Notes: generated by a model from the letters alone, not told the origin. A DNA stretch of 43,160 bases from Candidatus Saccharimonadota bacterium (GCA_043727115.1 JAYSZA010000004.1:1-43160); one strand, 5' to 3'; positions 1 to 9,043 are shown, counted from the first letter of the stretch. Made by a program: numbers and translations.

Positions 1-29
1 AAAAAAGTTAAAGAGTATTTTTCTCAAAA

Positions 30-827
30 TTAAGCACTAATAGTAATGCTGACTGGGCAGTGGTCTGAGCCCATGATATCCGGGTGGATGCTTGAATCTT
101 GAATTTTATCTAGTAATTTTTCACTTGCCATCCAGTAGTCTATGCGCCAACCAACATTGCGTTCTCTGGCTCCGCCCCAGGCGGTCCACCATGTGTAGGC
201 TTCTGTTGTATGGGGGTAGAACATTCTGAATGTATCTATAAATCCAGCTTCTGTCATTTTGTCGAATCCTTCCCTCTCCTCAACAGTGAATCCGTGTTTT
301 CCGACATTTTCCTTTGGACGCGCCAAGTCAATTTCTTGGTGTGCAACATTGAAATCACCACAGAACAGAACCGGTGCAGTCTCTTCTAACTCCTTAACAT
401 GCAACAAAAACGCCGGGTCCCAAACTTTGTGTCGCAATTCGAGTCGCTCTAATTTATCTTTGCTGTTCGGTGTGTAGACAGTCACAACCCAGAAATCTTT
501 GAAACGTAGACTTAGGACTCTTCCCTCATCGGTCGAATCTCCGAATTTGTCTGGGAATTCGAAACTTTTTTGTACTTTCTCAGAGAATCCGTTGCGGATT
601 TCTAACGGTTCGGTTTTAGAAAAAATAGCAGTTCCGCTGTAGCCTTTTTTCTGTGCGCTGTGCCAGTATTCCATATACTGGGGCAAATCTACGGGTGATT
701 GGTCGGGCTGGGCTTTAGTTTCTTGAAGGCACAAGATATCTGGGTCATGGTCTTCAATGAATTTCTGGAATAGTCCCTTGTTCCAGACTGCCCTAATGCC
801 GTTCACATTCCAGCTGTAAAACTTCAT
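30..827 (-). CDS. xth: Exodeoxyribonuclease III / AP endonuclease (EEP fold)
   Basis: 265-aa ORF with 'SWNVNGIRA', 'LCLQETK' and C-terminal 'GSDHCPV' motifs typical of the ExoIII/APE1 family. Confidence 0.9.
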   Translation of the reverse strand: MKFYSWNVNGIRAVWNKGLFQKFIEDHDPDILCLQETKAQPDQSPVDLPQYMEYWHSAQKKGYSGTAIFSKTEPLEIRNGFSEKVQKSFEFPDKFGDSTDEGRVLSLRFKDFWVVTVYTPNSKDKLERLELRHKVWDPAFLLHVKELEETAPVLFCGDFNVAHQEIDLARPKENVGKHGFTVEEREGFDKMTEAGFIDTFRMFYPHTTEAYTWWTAWGGARERNVGWRIDYWMASEKLLDKIQDSSIHPDIMGSDHCPVSITISA

Positions 828-844
828 AATTAGAGCATATCATA

Positions 845-873
845 TTGACGTTAAGTATAAATAGTTATATAAT
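845..873 (+). promoter_or_regulatory. Sigma70-type promoter TTGACG-17 nt-TATAAT, 8 nt upstream of the ATG at 882
   Basis: Hexamers read directly at 845-850 and 868-873. The short distance to the start codon implies a leaderless or near-leaderless mRNA. Confidence 0.5.
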
Positions 874-881
874 AAATATAT

Positions 882-1364
882 ATGCAGAATATGATCAGAC
901 TGGTTAGGGATAAATACCCAGACACTTCAAAAACTTGGCGATATAAACATAGCGCGCTCGTTACTCCAGAAAGATTTCTAGGATTTTCAGCTTCTGGTAC
1001 GGTTGAAAAAATACAAGCACATGCAGATGTGACGTGGCGACCAGATATTGGACTGTTCAGTGCACAATACATTTTAGGCAGAACTGTTGAAGGTATAGCA
1101 ATCGAAAAAGATAGAATACCGACAGCACCTTTTGATGTTTTTGAAGTTGAAACTTGGCTTCAAGGCAATAGGATTTCAAGCAAAAATATAACGCTCGGAA
1201 AATTAGTGCAATACGGCGCTGGTATGGAGATAATATCAATTCCATTACCCTACGACAATCAAGTCGTAGATCATATTGTGGGACATGCTGATACTTTCAT
1301 ACACGAAAAAGTAGCAAGGATTGAAAACGCGGATCGAATTGCAGAATTACGCCTGATTGGCTAG
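882..1364 (+). CDS. Hypothetical protein (160 aa)
   Basis: Only long ORF in this interval, with a consensus promoter directly upstream. No recognisable motif. Confidence 0.5.
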   Translation: MQNMIRLVRDKYPDTSKTWRYKHSALVTPERFLGFSASGTVEKIQAHADVTWRPDIGLFSAQYILGRTVEGIAIEKDRIPTAPFDVFEVETWLQGNRISSKNITLGKLVQYGAGMEIISIPLPYDNQVVDHIVGHADTFIHEKVARIENADRIAELRLIG

Positions 1365-1503
1365 AGACAACGACTCTTCGCTGTGATAATATCTATACTA
1401 ATGTATCCCGTAGGAAACTTGAAGAAATTTGCACCTAGACACTCTAGAGGGTCTCAATTTTACTTTTATCATTGCTATAAACTAAAGAAAGGTTTCTGAC
1501 GGG

Positions 1504-2208
1504 ATGTATAAAAGAATTCTACTCAAAATATCTGGGGAACAATTATCAGGAAATCACGATAACGGCATTGATCCAGAGTTTGTCGCGTGGGTTGCATCAG
1601 AGGCCAAAAAAGTAGTTGAAGCTGGTTGCCAGTTAATTATCATCACTGGTGGTGGTAATATGGTCCGCGGAGCAGAGCTTGCAGGCAATGGAATCAAGCG
1701 TGTCACTGCCGACCAAATGGGCATGTTAAGTGGCTTAATCAACGCCATGGCAATGACCGACATATTTGAGTCTAACGGTGTGCCTACTCGCTGTCTGAGC
1801 AATATATACGCAGAGCAAGTTGCTGAGAACTTCTCTTTCCGGTTAGCTGAAAAACACTTAGAAAACGGCCGCGTGCTAGTAATTGCTGGTGGTATCGGAC
1901 GACCATATTCAACTCACGATAGCGCAGCTGTACTTGTTGGACTAGAACTTGACTGTGAACTAGTATTGAAAGCTACAAAGGTTGACGGCGTGTATACACA
2001 AGACCCTGCAAGGTATCCTGAGGCTCGCAAAATTGAATCTATGACCTACCAAGAAGCTCTAGAAAACCCAGAAATCAAAGTAATGGATAAATCAGCACTT
2101 GGACTCGCTGCCGAACAGAAGATGAAGCTGGTTGTATATAACCTAGAGGAACCAAACGCACTATCACGAATCGTTGCCGGCGAACACGTCGGAACCGTTA
2201 TTTCTTAA
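1504..2208 (+). CDS. pyrH: UMP kinase
   Basis: 234 aa with N-terminal 'RILLKISGE' and 'IITGGGN' amino-acid-kinase motifs. Length is typical of PyrH. Confidence 0.92.
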   Translation: MYKRILLKISGEQLSGNHDNGIDPEFVAWVASEAKKVVEAGCQLIIITGGGNMVRGAELAGNGIKRVTADQMGMLSGLINAMAMTDIFESNGVPTRCLSNIYAEQVAENFSFRLAEKHLENGRVLVIAGGIGRPYSTHDSAAVLVGLELDCELVLKATKVDGVYTQDPARYPEARKIESMTYQEALENPEIKVMDKSALGLAAEQKMKLVVYNLEEPNALSRIVAGEHVGTVIS

Positions 2209-2301
2209 AAGAAACTCGTCTCGTGTACAGTAGCAGAATTTGCTCTATTTTTAATAAAATGATATAATTGATTAAATTGTAAGGGTTAGCTCAAGAATTC
2301 T

Positions 2302-2643
2302 ATGGGTGTTTTAGAGAAACTACGCACACGTGAGCAAGATTTTGTTAACGGTGTGAAAATAGATGACAATGGCGTCACAGAACAAAGATTTCCGCGCATA
2401 GCTCGGGCAAATGAGGTTGTTGGCGCTTATGCTTGGGGTCTTGTTGCGCTGGTTGGTTCCACTTCGATACTCAACAAGGATTTGCCACAAGTAGGAGAGC
2501 CTGTTGAAGGAGAGAACATACCGTCACCAGACATAAGGCGGTTCGTAGGTGGAATTATAAATTCTGGTGCACTAGCTATTTCGTCCCTAGTAACAGCAAG
2601 GTACGGCATAGATATACTTGAGGCTACCAGATATGAACCCTAG
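2302..2643 (+). CDS. Hypothetical small membrane-associated protein (113 aa)
   Basis: ORF with two hydrophobic stretches. A TGATATAAT extended -10 lies ~35 nt upstream. No family recognised. Confidence 0.4.
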   Translation: MGVLEKLRTREQDFVNGVKIDDNGVTEQRFPRIARANEVVGAYAWGLVALVGSTSILNKDLPQVGEPVEGENIPSPDIRRFVGGIINSGALAISSLVTARYGIDILEATRYEP

Positions 2644-2659
2644 CAGCTATCACCTGAGT

Positions 2660-3112
2660 TTACTTAAGTATTCTTTGCAGGTCTCTCTCGGTGTCGCGCC
2701 TTTTGAGATCCTGACGTTTATCGTAGTTCTTTTTGCCTTTGCCTAAAGCGATACGCAATTTCACATACCTACCCCTCGTCAAAATATCTAAAGGTACTAT
2801 GGTTCTTCCTTGCTTTTTGGCTTCGATAATTTGGTCTATTTCTTTGCGCTTCGCCAGAAGTTTGCGTGTTCTAGTGACTTCGGTGTCTTCAATAGGTATA
2901 CCCTTAGTTCCATGGACTGAAGCATTAATTAGGAATAGCTCGTCGTCCTTGACAGTTACGTACGCGCCTTGAAGTTGCCCATGCCCAAGTCGAAGACTTT
3001 TGGTTTCTCTGCCGTTCAAGACAATTCCCACCAAGAAACTATCACCCAGTTCGTAGTCGAATCGAGCGCGTTTGTTCTTTATGGTGCCCTCAGACGGCTT
3101 CTTCTTTTTCAT
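2660..3112 (-). CDS. smpB: SsrA-binding protein SmpB
   Basis: ORF 2660..3148 trimmed to Met13 (MKKKKPSEG). 'ARFDYEL', 'VLNGRETKSLR', 'KLLAKRKEI' and a basic C-terminal tail match SmpB. Confidence 0.9.
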   Translation of the reverse strand: MKKKKPSEGTIKNKRARFDYELGDSFLVGIVLNGRETKSLRLGHGQLQGAYVTVKDDELFLINASVHGTKGIPIEDTEVTRTRKLLAKRKEIDQIIEAKKQGRTIVPLDILTRGRYVKLRIALGKGKKNYDKRQDLKRRDTERDLQRILK

Positions 3113-3119
3113 AACATAC

Positions 3120-3148
3120 AGTGTAACAGAGGTTATGGTTATAGACAA
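3120..3148 (-). promoter_or_regulatory. smpB promoter TTGTCT-17 nt-TGtTACACT, 7 nt from the ATG at 3112
   Basis: Read on the minus strand. Its -35 is the reverse complement of the AGACAA that forms the -35 region of the divergent + strand promoter. Confidence 0.5.
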
Positions 3149-3170
3149 TAGTATTATAATATGCTATAGT
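3127..3170 (+). promoter_or_regulatory. Promoter cassette copy 1: CAGAGGTTATGGTTATAGACAA + 17-nt spacer + TGcTATAGT
   Basis: -35 TAGACA at 3142-3147 and extended -10 at 3162-3170. The 22-nt 5' part is identical to 4059-4080. Confidence 0.55.
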
Positions 3171-4034
3171 ATGTCTATAATGAGTGACAGCAACTTATTG
3201 CATCCTGAATATATCGATTCTATGCCGTTCATCGGTGATTTTGTTGCTGAAAAACTCGAGAGATTAGCCAGAACAGAGTCGAGTCACTCTTCATTAGGGC
3301 TTCCGGACATTAGCGTAGTTATCAGAACGCTGAACGAAGCTGGTCCTCTAGAAGAGCTATTTGAAGATATTGAGGCACAGAAAATCGGCTCAGACGTTCA
3401 AGTAATTGTTGTTGATAACGAATCGACAGACGGTACTCCGGAATTAGCACGAGAATTTGGCGCAACAGTTAGGACTATTCCACGCGGAGAATTCACGTAC
3501 CCAAAGTCGATGAATTTTGGGGTCGAAGCCGCCGATAACAAGGTTGTATATCTTACGGTCGGGCACGTGCTTCTATCCAACAAGCTTCTACTAAGTGCCG
3601 CCGCGAGAAGTTTTCTCGATGGTAGCACGGGCGCAGTCTACGGAACATCACTACTGTCAGGTAAAGCATCTACCCCAGAGAGAATGTTATCTATACCCTT
3701 TGCCCGTTCAATGTCGCAGAGGCTTGTCAAGAAAACAGGAATGGGCGTTATGGGTGCAACTAGCGCCGCTATAAGAAAAGATGTATGGCAAGAACTAGGC
3801 AAGTTTGATGAGCGTTATGAAAGTGGTGGTGAAGATTCTGCAATGGCTGGTAGAATTATTGCTTCAGGACTAGATGTGATGGAACTACCTCTACTTTCCG
3901 CCCATCATAGCCACGGCCTAGGCTGGACAGATACTGCTAAACAATGGCTCCATTGGGCCAGAACTGCTAGAGGACCGATACCTCTATCAAGGGGCGTACT
4001 CGCAGCAAGACGTCCTGACATAGACTTCAGCTAG
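3171..4034 (+). CDS. Family 2 glycosyltransferase
   Basis: 'ISVVIRTLNE', 'VVDNESTDGT' and 'GGEDS' are GT-A/GT2 motifs. The track ORF start at 3072 overlaps smpB and was rejected. The ATG at 3171 abuts the -10, so the in-frame ATG at 3180 may be the true start. Confidence 0.8.
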   Translation: MSIMSDSNLLHPEYIDSMPFIGDFVAEKLERLARTESSHSSLGLPDISVVIRTLNEAGPLEELFEDIEAQKIGSDVQVIVVDNESTDGTPELAREFGATVRTIPRGEFTYPKSMNFGVEAADNKVVYLTVGHVLLSNKLLLSAAARSFLDGSTGAVYGTSLLSGKASTPERMLSIPFARSMSQRLVKKTGMGVMGATSAAIRKDVWQELGKFDERYESGGEDSAMAGRIIASGLDVMELPLLSAHHSHGLGWTDTAKQWLHWARTARGPIPLSRGVLAARRPDIDFS

Positions 4035-4058
4035 TATCCATCGCCTACAAAAAACCCC

Positions 4059-4102
4059 CAGAGGTTATGGTTATAGACAAGATATAAATATTGTGCTATA
4101 AT
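4059..4102 (+). promoter_or_regulatory. Promoter cassette copy 2: CAGAGGTTATGGTTATAGACAA + 17-nt spacer + TGcTATAAT
   Basis: -35 TAGACA at 4074-4079 and extended -10 at 4094-4102. The ATG at 4109 lies 6 nt downstream. Confidence 0.55.
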
Positions 4103-4108
4103 ATAGAT

Positions 4109-4807
4109 ATGAGTATTGAAGCTTATGGACCACGCTTTCAGATTGAGTCAAGCACAGCTTTCTATTTGCCTGGTCATAGTGAGAGAAAGAAGACCGGTGA
4201 GTTCATAGCAAGAACACTGGTCGAGCGCAAAATATTTGAAGATGTGGAAGTAGCGACTCTAAATAGAGTGGCCTCTCTGATTCACAGGGGTGCTTTGAGA
4301 CGCGAGATGCTAACTAAGGCCGTTATTACTCATTCAGCAGCAGTTACGCGTGTTCCTGCTGCGCTTCAGATTATTGCTATCAACCCTCCCGAGCAAGTTT
4401 CATTTATGGATTTGCTGAAGCGGGCAAATGAAATTACCAAGGACAAGTTCGAAAAAGAAGTTGGATCTCACAAAACAGGCAACATCGACTTAGCGGCGGC
4501 CGGACTTCAGCTACTAGGCAGTCCAATAACATCTTTGGTAACTCCAATTAGAATTAGTCAAGGTTATTCAACGGTAGATCGCCTGTCAGACGGCGCAGAA
4601 GACTTCCCAGCTGGCCGCGCTATTGTCCATTCTGAATTAGACGGTTTTGGCTTTTATGATCTAGCTGATCTCGATTTTGCTGCTTCAAACGGCGTCACTA
4701 CACTTGTTTTGCCAGGTTGCCATCATAATGAAGTTCTTTTTGCTCCAAATCGTATAATTGATTTAATGACGCCTGCTATATTTCCACGATCTAAGAGTAC
4801 GAACTAG
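4109..4807 (+). CDS. Hypothetical protein (232 aa)
   Basis: ORF trimmed to the ATG at 4109 (MSIEAYG), directly behind promoter cassette 2. No motif recognised. Confidence 0.5.
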   Translation: MSIEAYGPRFQIESSTAFYLPGHSERKKTGEFIARTLVERKIFEDVEVATLNRVASLIHRGALRREMLTKAVITHSAAVTRVPAALQIIAINPPEQVSFMDLLKRANEITKDKFEKEVGSHKTGNIDLAAAGLQLLGSPITSLVTPIRISQGYSTVDRLSDGAEDFPAGRAIVHSELDGFGFYDLADLDFAASNGVTTLVLPGCHHNEVLFAPNRIIDLMTPAIFPRSKSTN

Positions 4808-5949
4808 CGGTATTTAGCCAGCTCTTGCCTGGCTGTATCCCATATTTCAGGTGAATTTCGTTTGGTCTTCATGTGGTACCACCACTCTACTCCCCAAAGG
4901 TCCATCGTTTTCATGCCAGTATTGTAGCCGTACTCTATGCGCTTGCTAAGTCTTTCTGGGTTGAGCGTTTTGTAAAGTTCTTCTATAGGAGCTGTCTTCA
5001 TACTGAATCCAGTCGGAAGCCAAGCTTCTGTCTGTAATTCGTGTACGAATAAATCTTTGTCCGTTAGAATTTTACCGCCACCAGCAAGGAATCCATAAAA
5101 CCACGCCGGAAATGGATATTCGAAATACTTTCTGGTCAGCGTTTTGTCCCATACGCGCTTGTAGACTGATACACCAAATTTGTCTGGTTGTGGTTCACCA
5201 ACCGGGAATCCGAGAGCGTTATTGCTTCTGCTGATTACTAGAGTTGTATTAGGATCCTGTGATTTTACGAATGCTGCCTCGTTTATAAGTCGCTCTCTGG
5301 TAAAGTCCGGACAAATACCGAATACACTCAAGAAAAACTCATTTTCTAGCTGGTATTCTACCAGTGCTTCTCTGTCTTTGTATCGTTCTATAACCTTCCC
5401 CATGTATTTGTTCAGATCTTTAGACCATTCCTCCATAGGTTTAGCCATTGCCCAGTCGGGTCCGTGGCATTCTGGCCAACGTGGTTGACGCAGACCCATC
5501 GCCAGAGACACTTGCCCACCAACGGCTTCTATCATATCGAATTGCCAATCTAGCTCAGAAAAATCATAAACACCTGGTTCTTTTTCGTGCATATCCCAGT
5601 AGCTAACCAATCGAAATCGTCTGATTCCTAAATCATCAATCATGGCCTGAAGTGTTTCCTTGGGATCTAGTTCAAAGTAGCGAGCATAATTAGGTACAAA
5701 AGTCGCGCCAAAAACTACAGGTTCGTCCCTGTTGCTTAGCTGATACCATTTTGCAATTCCGTATGTCGACGCAACAAAAAAGCTAATCACATATACAATC
5801 ATAACGACGAATTTACCAAGCTTAGACCGATTTTTCCATAATCTGAAAGTAAATAGTTGTCGAGTCCAAGCCACAGATTGACTAAGCATACTTTGTTCTG
5901 TATGTTTGGATGACTTTTTGGTCTTGGTTGATGATTTGTTATGCTTCAA
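4804..5949 (-). CDS. Membrane-anchored glycoside hydrolase (clan GH-A TIM barrel, GH5/GH42-like)
   Basis: N-terminal TM helix. 'EPGVYDFSELDWQFDMIEAVG' and 'YQLENEF' (Asn-Glu acid/base motif) are typical of clan GH-A. The start at 5949 is TTG, and an ATG at 5889 is an alternative. Confidence 0.55.
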   Translation of the reverse strand: MKHNKSSTKTKKSSKHTEQSMLSQSVAWTRQLFTFRLWKNRSKLGKFVVMIVYVISFFVASTYGIAKWYQLSNRDEPVVFGATFVPNYARYFELDPKETLQAMIDDLGIRRFRLVSYWDMHEKEPGVYDFSELDWQFDMIEAVGGQVSLAMGLRQPRWPECHGPDWAMAKPMEEWSKDLNKYMGKVIERYKDREALVEYQLENEFFLSVFGICPDFTRERLINEAAFVKSQDPNTTLVISRSNNALGFPVGEPQPDKFGVSVYKRVWDKTLTRKYFEYPFPAWFYGFLAGGGKILTDKDLFVHELQTEAWLPTGFSMKTAPIEELYKTLNPERLSKRIEYGYNTGMKTMDLWGVEWWYHMKTKRNSPEIWDTARQELAKYR

Positions 5950-5972
5950 TGTAGTGTTTGCTAAAAAATATT

Positions 5973-6812
5973 ATGCTAAAGCTTTCATTAATTATACCTG
6001 TTTATAACGAAGAGCGCCACATTGGTGCTTGTCTTGATGCGGTGGCCTCTCAAACCGTCATGCCAACAGAGGTGATTGTTGTGGACAATAATTCCACCGA
6101 CCGTACAGTGGAGATAGCAAGCCAATATAAATTCGTAAAAATTATTCAGGAATCTCGCCAGGGTCGAGGTAATGCGCGTACAGCTGGGTTTAATGTAGCC
6201 AGCTGTGACATTATTGGGCGAATTGACGCCGATTCTCGCATACACCCTGACTGGACCGCAAAAGTACTAGGTAGATTTGAAAGCGACACGGAGCTAGCTG
6301 GACTAACCGGGATGTCCTACACACCCTACATACCCTTTGTGGTCTCTGTCAAAACCACACTATTTAGCCGCGCCTACTACTGGTTTGCACATGCGGCTTT
6401 CGATACAATTACTATGTGGGGAGCTAATATGGCTGTTAGGCGCACAGAATGGCAAAATGTCAGAGACAAAGTTATACTGGATGATTCAAAAGTTCATGAA
6501 GACCACGATGTGTCACTATGGATTGCAGCAAACGGTGGAAAAATAGTTCAGGATAATGCATTGCTCATGACTACAGACGAACAGTCATATCAGTATTTTC
6601 CCAAACTAATTCACTATGCTAATCTTTACGAATCGACAAAAAGCATACACAAAAAGAATGGTAATCTTTCTAGTCCAAAACTTATCCATTTAGGATTTGT
6701 TCGTACCCTGCCGGGCAGGTTGGTGTCATTTTTTATGGGAATACCCCTATTTATTATTAGTTTGTCATTGTTCCCTGCATACTATTTCTATTTCAGAAAT
6801 AAAGTTACTTAA
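5973..6812 (+). CDS. Family 2 glycosyltransferase with C-terminal TM segment
   Basis: 'LIIPVYNEE', 'VVDNNSTDRT' and 'RIDADS' are GT2 motifs. The ATG at 5973 is preferred over the TTG at 5958. Confidence 0.8.
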   Translation: MLKLSLIIPVYNEERHIGACLDAVASQTVMPTEVIVVDNNSTDRTVEIASQYKFVKIIQESRQGRGNARTAGFNVASCDIIGRIDADSRIHPDWTAKVLGRFESDTELAGLTGMSYTPYIPFVVSVKTTLFSRAYYWFAHAAFDTITMWGANMAVRRTEWQNVRDKVILDDSKVHEDHDVSLWIAANGGKIVQDNALLMTTDEQSYQYFPKLIHYANLYESTKSIHKKNGNLSSPKLIHLGFVRTLPGRLVSFFMGIPLFIISLSLFPAYYFYFRNKVT

Positions 6813-6821
6813 GCCATTATA

Positions 6822-6850
6822 TTGACAAAATAGTATTTATTTGGTATAAT
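6822..6850 (+). promoter_or_regulatory. Consensus promoter TTGACA-17 nt-TGgTATAAT, 6 nt from the ATG at 6857
   Basis: Hexamers read directly at 6822-6827 and 6845-6850, with TG at 6842-6843. Confidence 0.6.
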
Positions 6851-6856
6851 AGAGAT

Positions 6857-7411
6857 ATGAGAGTCTTACGTGTGGGAATCTTCATGCTTCTTCTTGCCGC
6901 AACAAGTGCTGCAGCGCTGTATACGATTCGTTCAAATACGGCCGAGGCACAGCAAGCGCAAGTTTTGGCGGCCTCAGTTGAGACCGTTGATGCGGTAGAA
7001 ATGTCTATTATGGACAAAATTAACAAGATTCGTGCGGAGTCGGGTGTCCCAACAATTGCCTATAGCTCTGCTATGAAATTACTCACGACTGATCGTGTAG
7101 CAGATATGTCAGCACAACAATATTATAGCCACACATCCCCAGCTGGTCTTAAATTTGGTGACGTTATCAAAAACTACGATCCTACAAGTGGCGTATCCTG
7201 TGAAAATCTACAGTTGCAAGTTGGTGATGACTGGCAAGCGGCTGTAGATGCTTGGGTTAGTAGCCCTGCTCACTATAGGTGTCTTATAAACCCTAACTTG
7301 ACTCGGGGTGCTGGTAGCGTAGCCCTATATGATGAGGTTTCCTACGGAGAGTCAAGCACTTCTAGCCAAATGTACGTTTTGCATTTATTGCAACTAACTA
7401 GTTGTTCGTAA
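6857..7411 (+). CDS. Secreted CAP/SCP (PR-1, YkwD-like) domain protein
   Basis: Signal/anchor-like N-terminus. 'INKIRAESGVP', 'YYSHTSP' and 'WVSSPAHYRCLINPN' match the CAP superfamily pattern. Confidence 0.7.
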   Translation: MRVLRVGIFMLLLAATSAAALYTIRSNTAEAQQAQVLAASVETVDAVEMSIMDKINKIRAESGVPTIAYSSAMKLLTTDRVADMSAQQYYSHTSPAGLKFGDVIKNYDPTSGVSCENLQLQVGDDWQAAVDAWVSSPAHYRCLINPNLTRGAGSVALYDEVSYGESSTSSQMYVLHLLQLTSCS

Positions 7412-7909
7412 TAACTCGGCAACAGTATCGGGTTTGATGTCAGTTCCGTCTACTATGACGTAGGGCTCAGAATCTAGGGGCTCCTCTATGATTCCAGCTA
7501 TTCTGTCAAACATTTTTGCAGATGTTTCACCATCAGGTATTAGTCTTTCGTCTTGTTCGTTTATCCTACGGCTCTTCGCGAACGCTTCAGGCACCTGAAC
7601 CCACCAGAGCTTCACTTCTGCTCCATGTTTTCGGGCTAGTTTATATTTTTCCTTTCTGTGTCCCAACCTGTTTAGATTTGCGTCGTAAATTACGTCCTGC
7701 CCTGCTTCTAGTAGATGTTCGACGTTATGGTCGAGAGTCGTATAGAGCATGTCATGTTCTTCCTGAGAAAAACACGGCTTTCTAAACAACAGTAGTCGGT
7801 ATTCATCAGATGACATAACTGTTGCACCAGTTAGTGATTCCAAAACACCAGCTAGGGTAGTTTTGCCTGAACCAGGGAGGCCCATCAGTAAATATAGTGT
7901 TGGCTTCAT
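7394..7909 (-). CDS. P-loop kinase (AAA_33/zeta-toxin-like predicted kinase)
   Basis: Walker A 'GLPGSGKTT' at the N-terminus. Size (171 aa) is typical of small NTP-dependent kinases. Confidence 0.6.
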   Translation of the reverse strand: MKPTLYLLMGLPGSGKTTLAGVLESLTGATVMSSDEYRLLLFRKPCFSQEEHDMLYTTLDHNVEHLLEAGQDVIYDANLNRLGHRKEKYKLARKHGAEVKLWWVQVPEAFAKSRRINEQDERLIPDGETSAKMFDRIAGIIEEPLDSEPYVIVDGTDIKPDTVAELLRTTS

Positions 7910-7914
7910 AGGGA

Positions 7915-7969
7915 TTAGTATCTCGTATCTCGGAGCTAGTGTCTAGTAGGGGGTTGGTATCTCGTATCT
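7915..7969. repeat. Direct repeat TT(A/G)GTATCTCGTATCT x2, equivalent to four GTATCT(C) heptamers, in the kinase upstream region
   Basis: 7915-7930 and 7954-7969 match 15/16. Each copy is itself a tandem heptamer. Confidence 0.6.
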
Positions 7970-7991
7970 AGTAGCTCGGGCAGATACATTG

Positions 7992-8627
7992 CTAATTGAT
8001 AATTGTCCTAGAAGTGAAATCTTCTTTGTGGATTATGTAGAAGCAAGGAATGAGTAGAAGTCCGTAGGCGGCCCAAACAATAGTGAACCAGTTTGTTTGT
8101 AGATTACTACCAAGCCTTAGCCCGTGTACGAATATCAATATCATTGCCAGGCTCTGAGAGATGCTAACTAACCACCAGTATTTTTTGATTGCTTGTCTGT
8201 CCTTTAATCTGTTGAAAACCTCGAAGCTAAGAAAAATAAGCAAAGAAATTGTTCCAAACATCACTGCCAGTTTAAGCCCGTCACCAGTGTATGCAAAGAA
8301 GCTTGTGGGTGGGAGACCTTCCCCGTTTTTGTTCTGGGCGTATGCCAAGAGTCCGGGATGCAATAAAAGACACGCAAGCACCAAGTACCCAGTAAGCTCG
8401 GAGTAGTACTTGGGTTTTACGAGCTTTGGGTTTTTGATTCGAAGCGCCCCAGTCACATAGTGAGTCCACATAGTCATCCACGCAAGTATTCCTAGAAGCG
8501 GGAAAAACCCGTAAATGCTAACTGAGCTAAACTCCCATGAAAGGTTTGAGGCCCAGACTAGGAACGACAAATAAACAGATAGAGCAAGAATTCCCCAGGT
8601 TATAAGGCTGAAATCTTTTTGTCTCAT
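7992..8627 (-). CDS. Polytopic integral membrane protein (about 6 TM, conserved His in helices)
   Basis: 211 aa and hydrophobic throughout. The His-containing helices are reminiscent of ferric-reductase/MsrQ-like proteins, but this is tentative. Confidence 0.45.
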   Translation of the reverse strand: MRQKDFSLITWGILALSVYLSFLVWASNLSWEFSSVSIYGFFPLLGILAWMTMWTHYVTGALRIKNPKLVKPKYYSELTGYLVLACLLLHPGLLAYAQNKNGEGLPPTSFFAYTGDGLKLAVMFGTISLLIFLSFEVFNRLKDRQAIKKYWWLVSISQSLAMILIFVHGLRLGSNLQTNWFTIVWAAYGLLLIPCFYIIHKEDFTSRTIIN

Positions 8628-8740
8628 GCAGAAGCGCTCCCTCGTGATAGTTGTTAATACTAGGATAGCAAAACAACGATTGAATAAACACTAATATAAT
8701 ATATATATCAATATAGAAACATAAGTAGTATAGTTAATAT

Positions 8741-9040
8741 ATGACTGAAAAAGAACTTATAAAACTATACAGAGTGTTCCATATAATGGGAGATAGCCAG
8801 AGTCTGAAGATAATGTTTGAGCTGGAGCGATTCGGAGAAAAAACATTCACTGAACTAAAGGATGGTTTGAGCATAAACCCCGCTACACTGTCTAAAAAAC
8901 TAAAGTTATTGACGCAAGTAGGATTGATTACGCCCGACAAATCCCACGACCATTTAAGGGTATTCTATACACTACATGAGCACCAGAGACCGCTTAAGAG
9001 AGTTCTTGATTCCCTTGAGCGTCTAGCTACGGATTTATAG
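8741..9040 (+). CDS. ArsR/SmtB-type winged-helix transcriptional regulator
   Basis: 99 aa. 'LKIMFELERFGEKTFTELKDGLSINPATLSKKLKLLTQVGLI' is a typical wHTH. Confidence 0.65.
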   Translation: MTEKELIKLYRVFHIMGDSQSLKIMFELERFGEKTFTELKDGLSINPATLSKKLKLLTQVGLITPDKSHDHLRVFYTLHEHQRPLKRVLDSLERLATDL

Positions 9041-9043
9041 TTT

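Noticed and set aside
3072-3170. Upstream start codons of the track ORFs (3072 for GT2, 3148 for smpB, 4091, 5958, 12094, 14494, 35336, 38622, 21546)
   Set aside because: These extensions overlap divergent genes or promoters, use non-ATG codons, or add implausible N-termini. Downstream ATGs sit behind a promoter or SD, or form ATGA/TAATG coupling overlaps.
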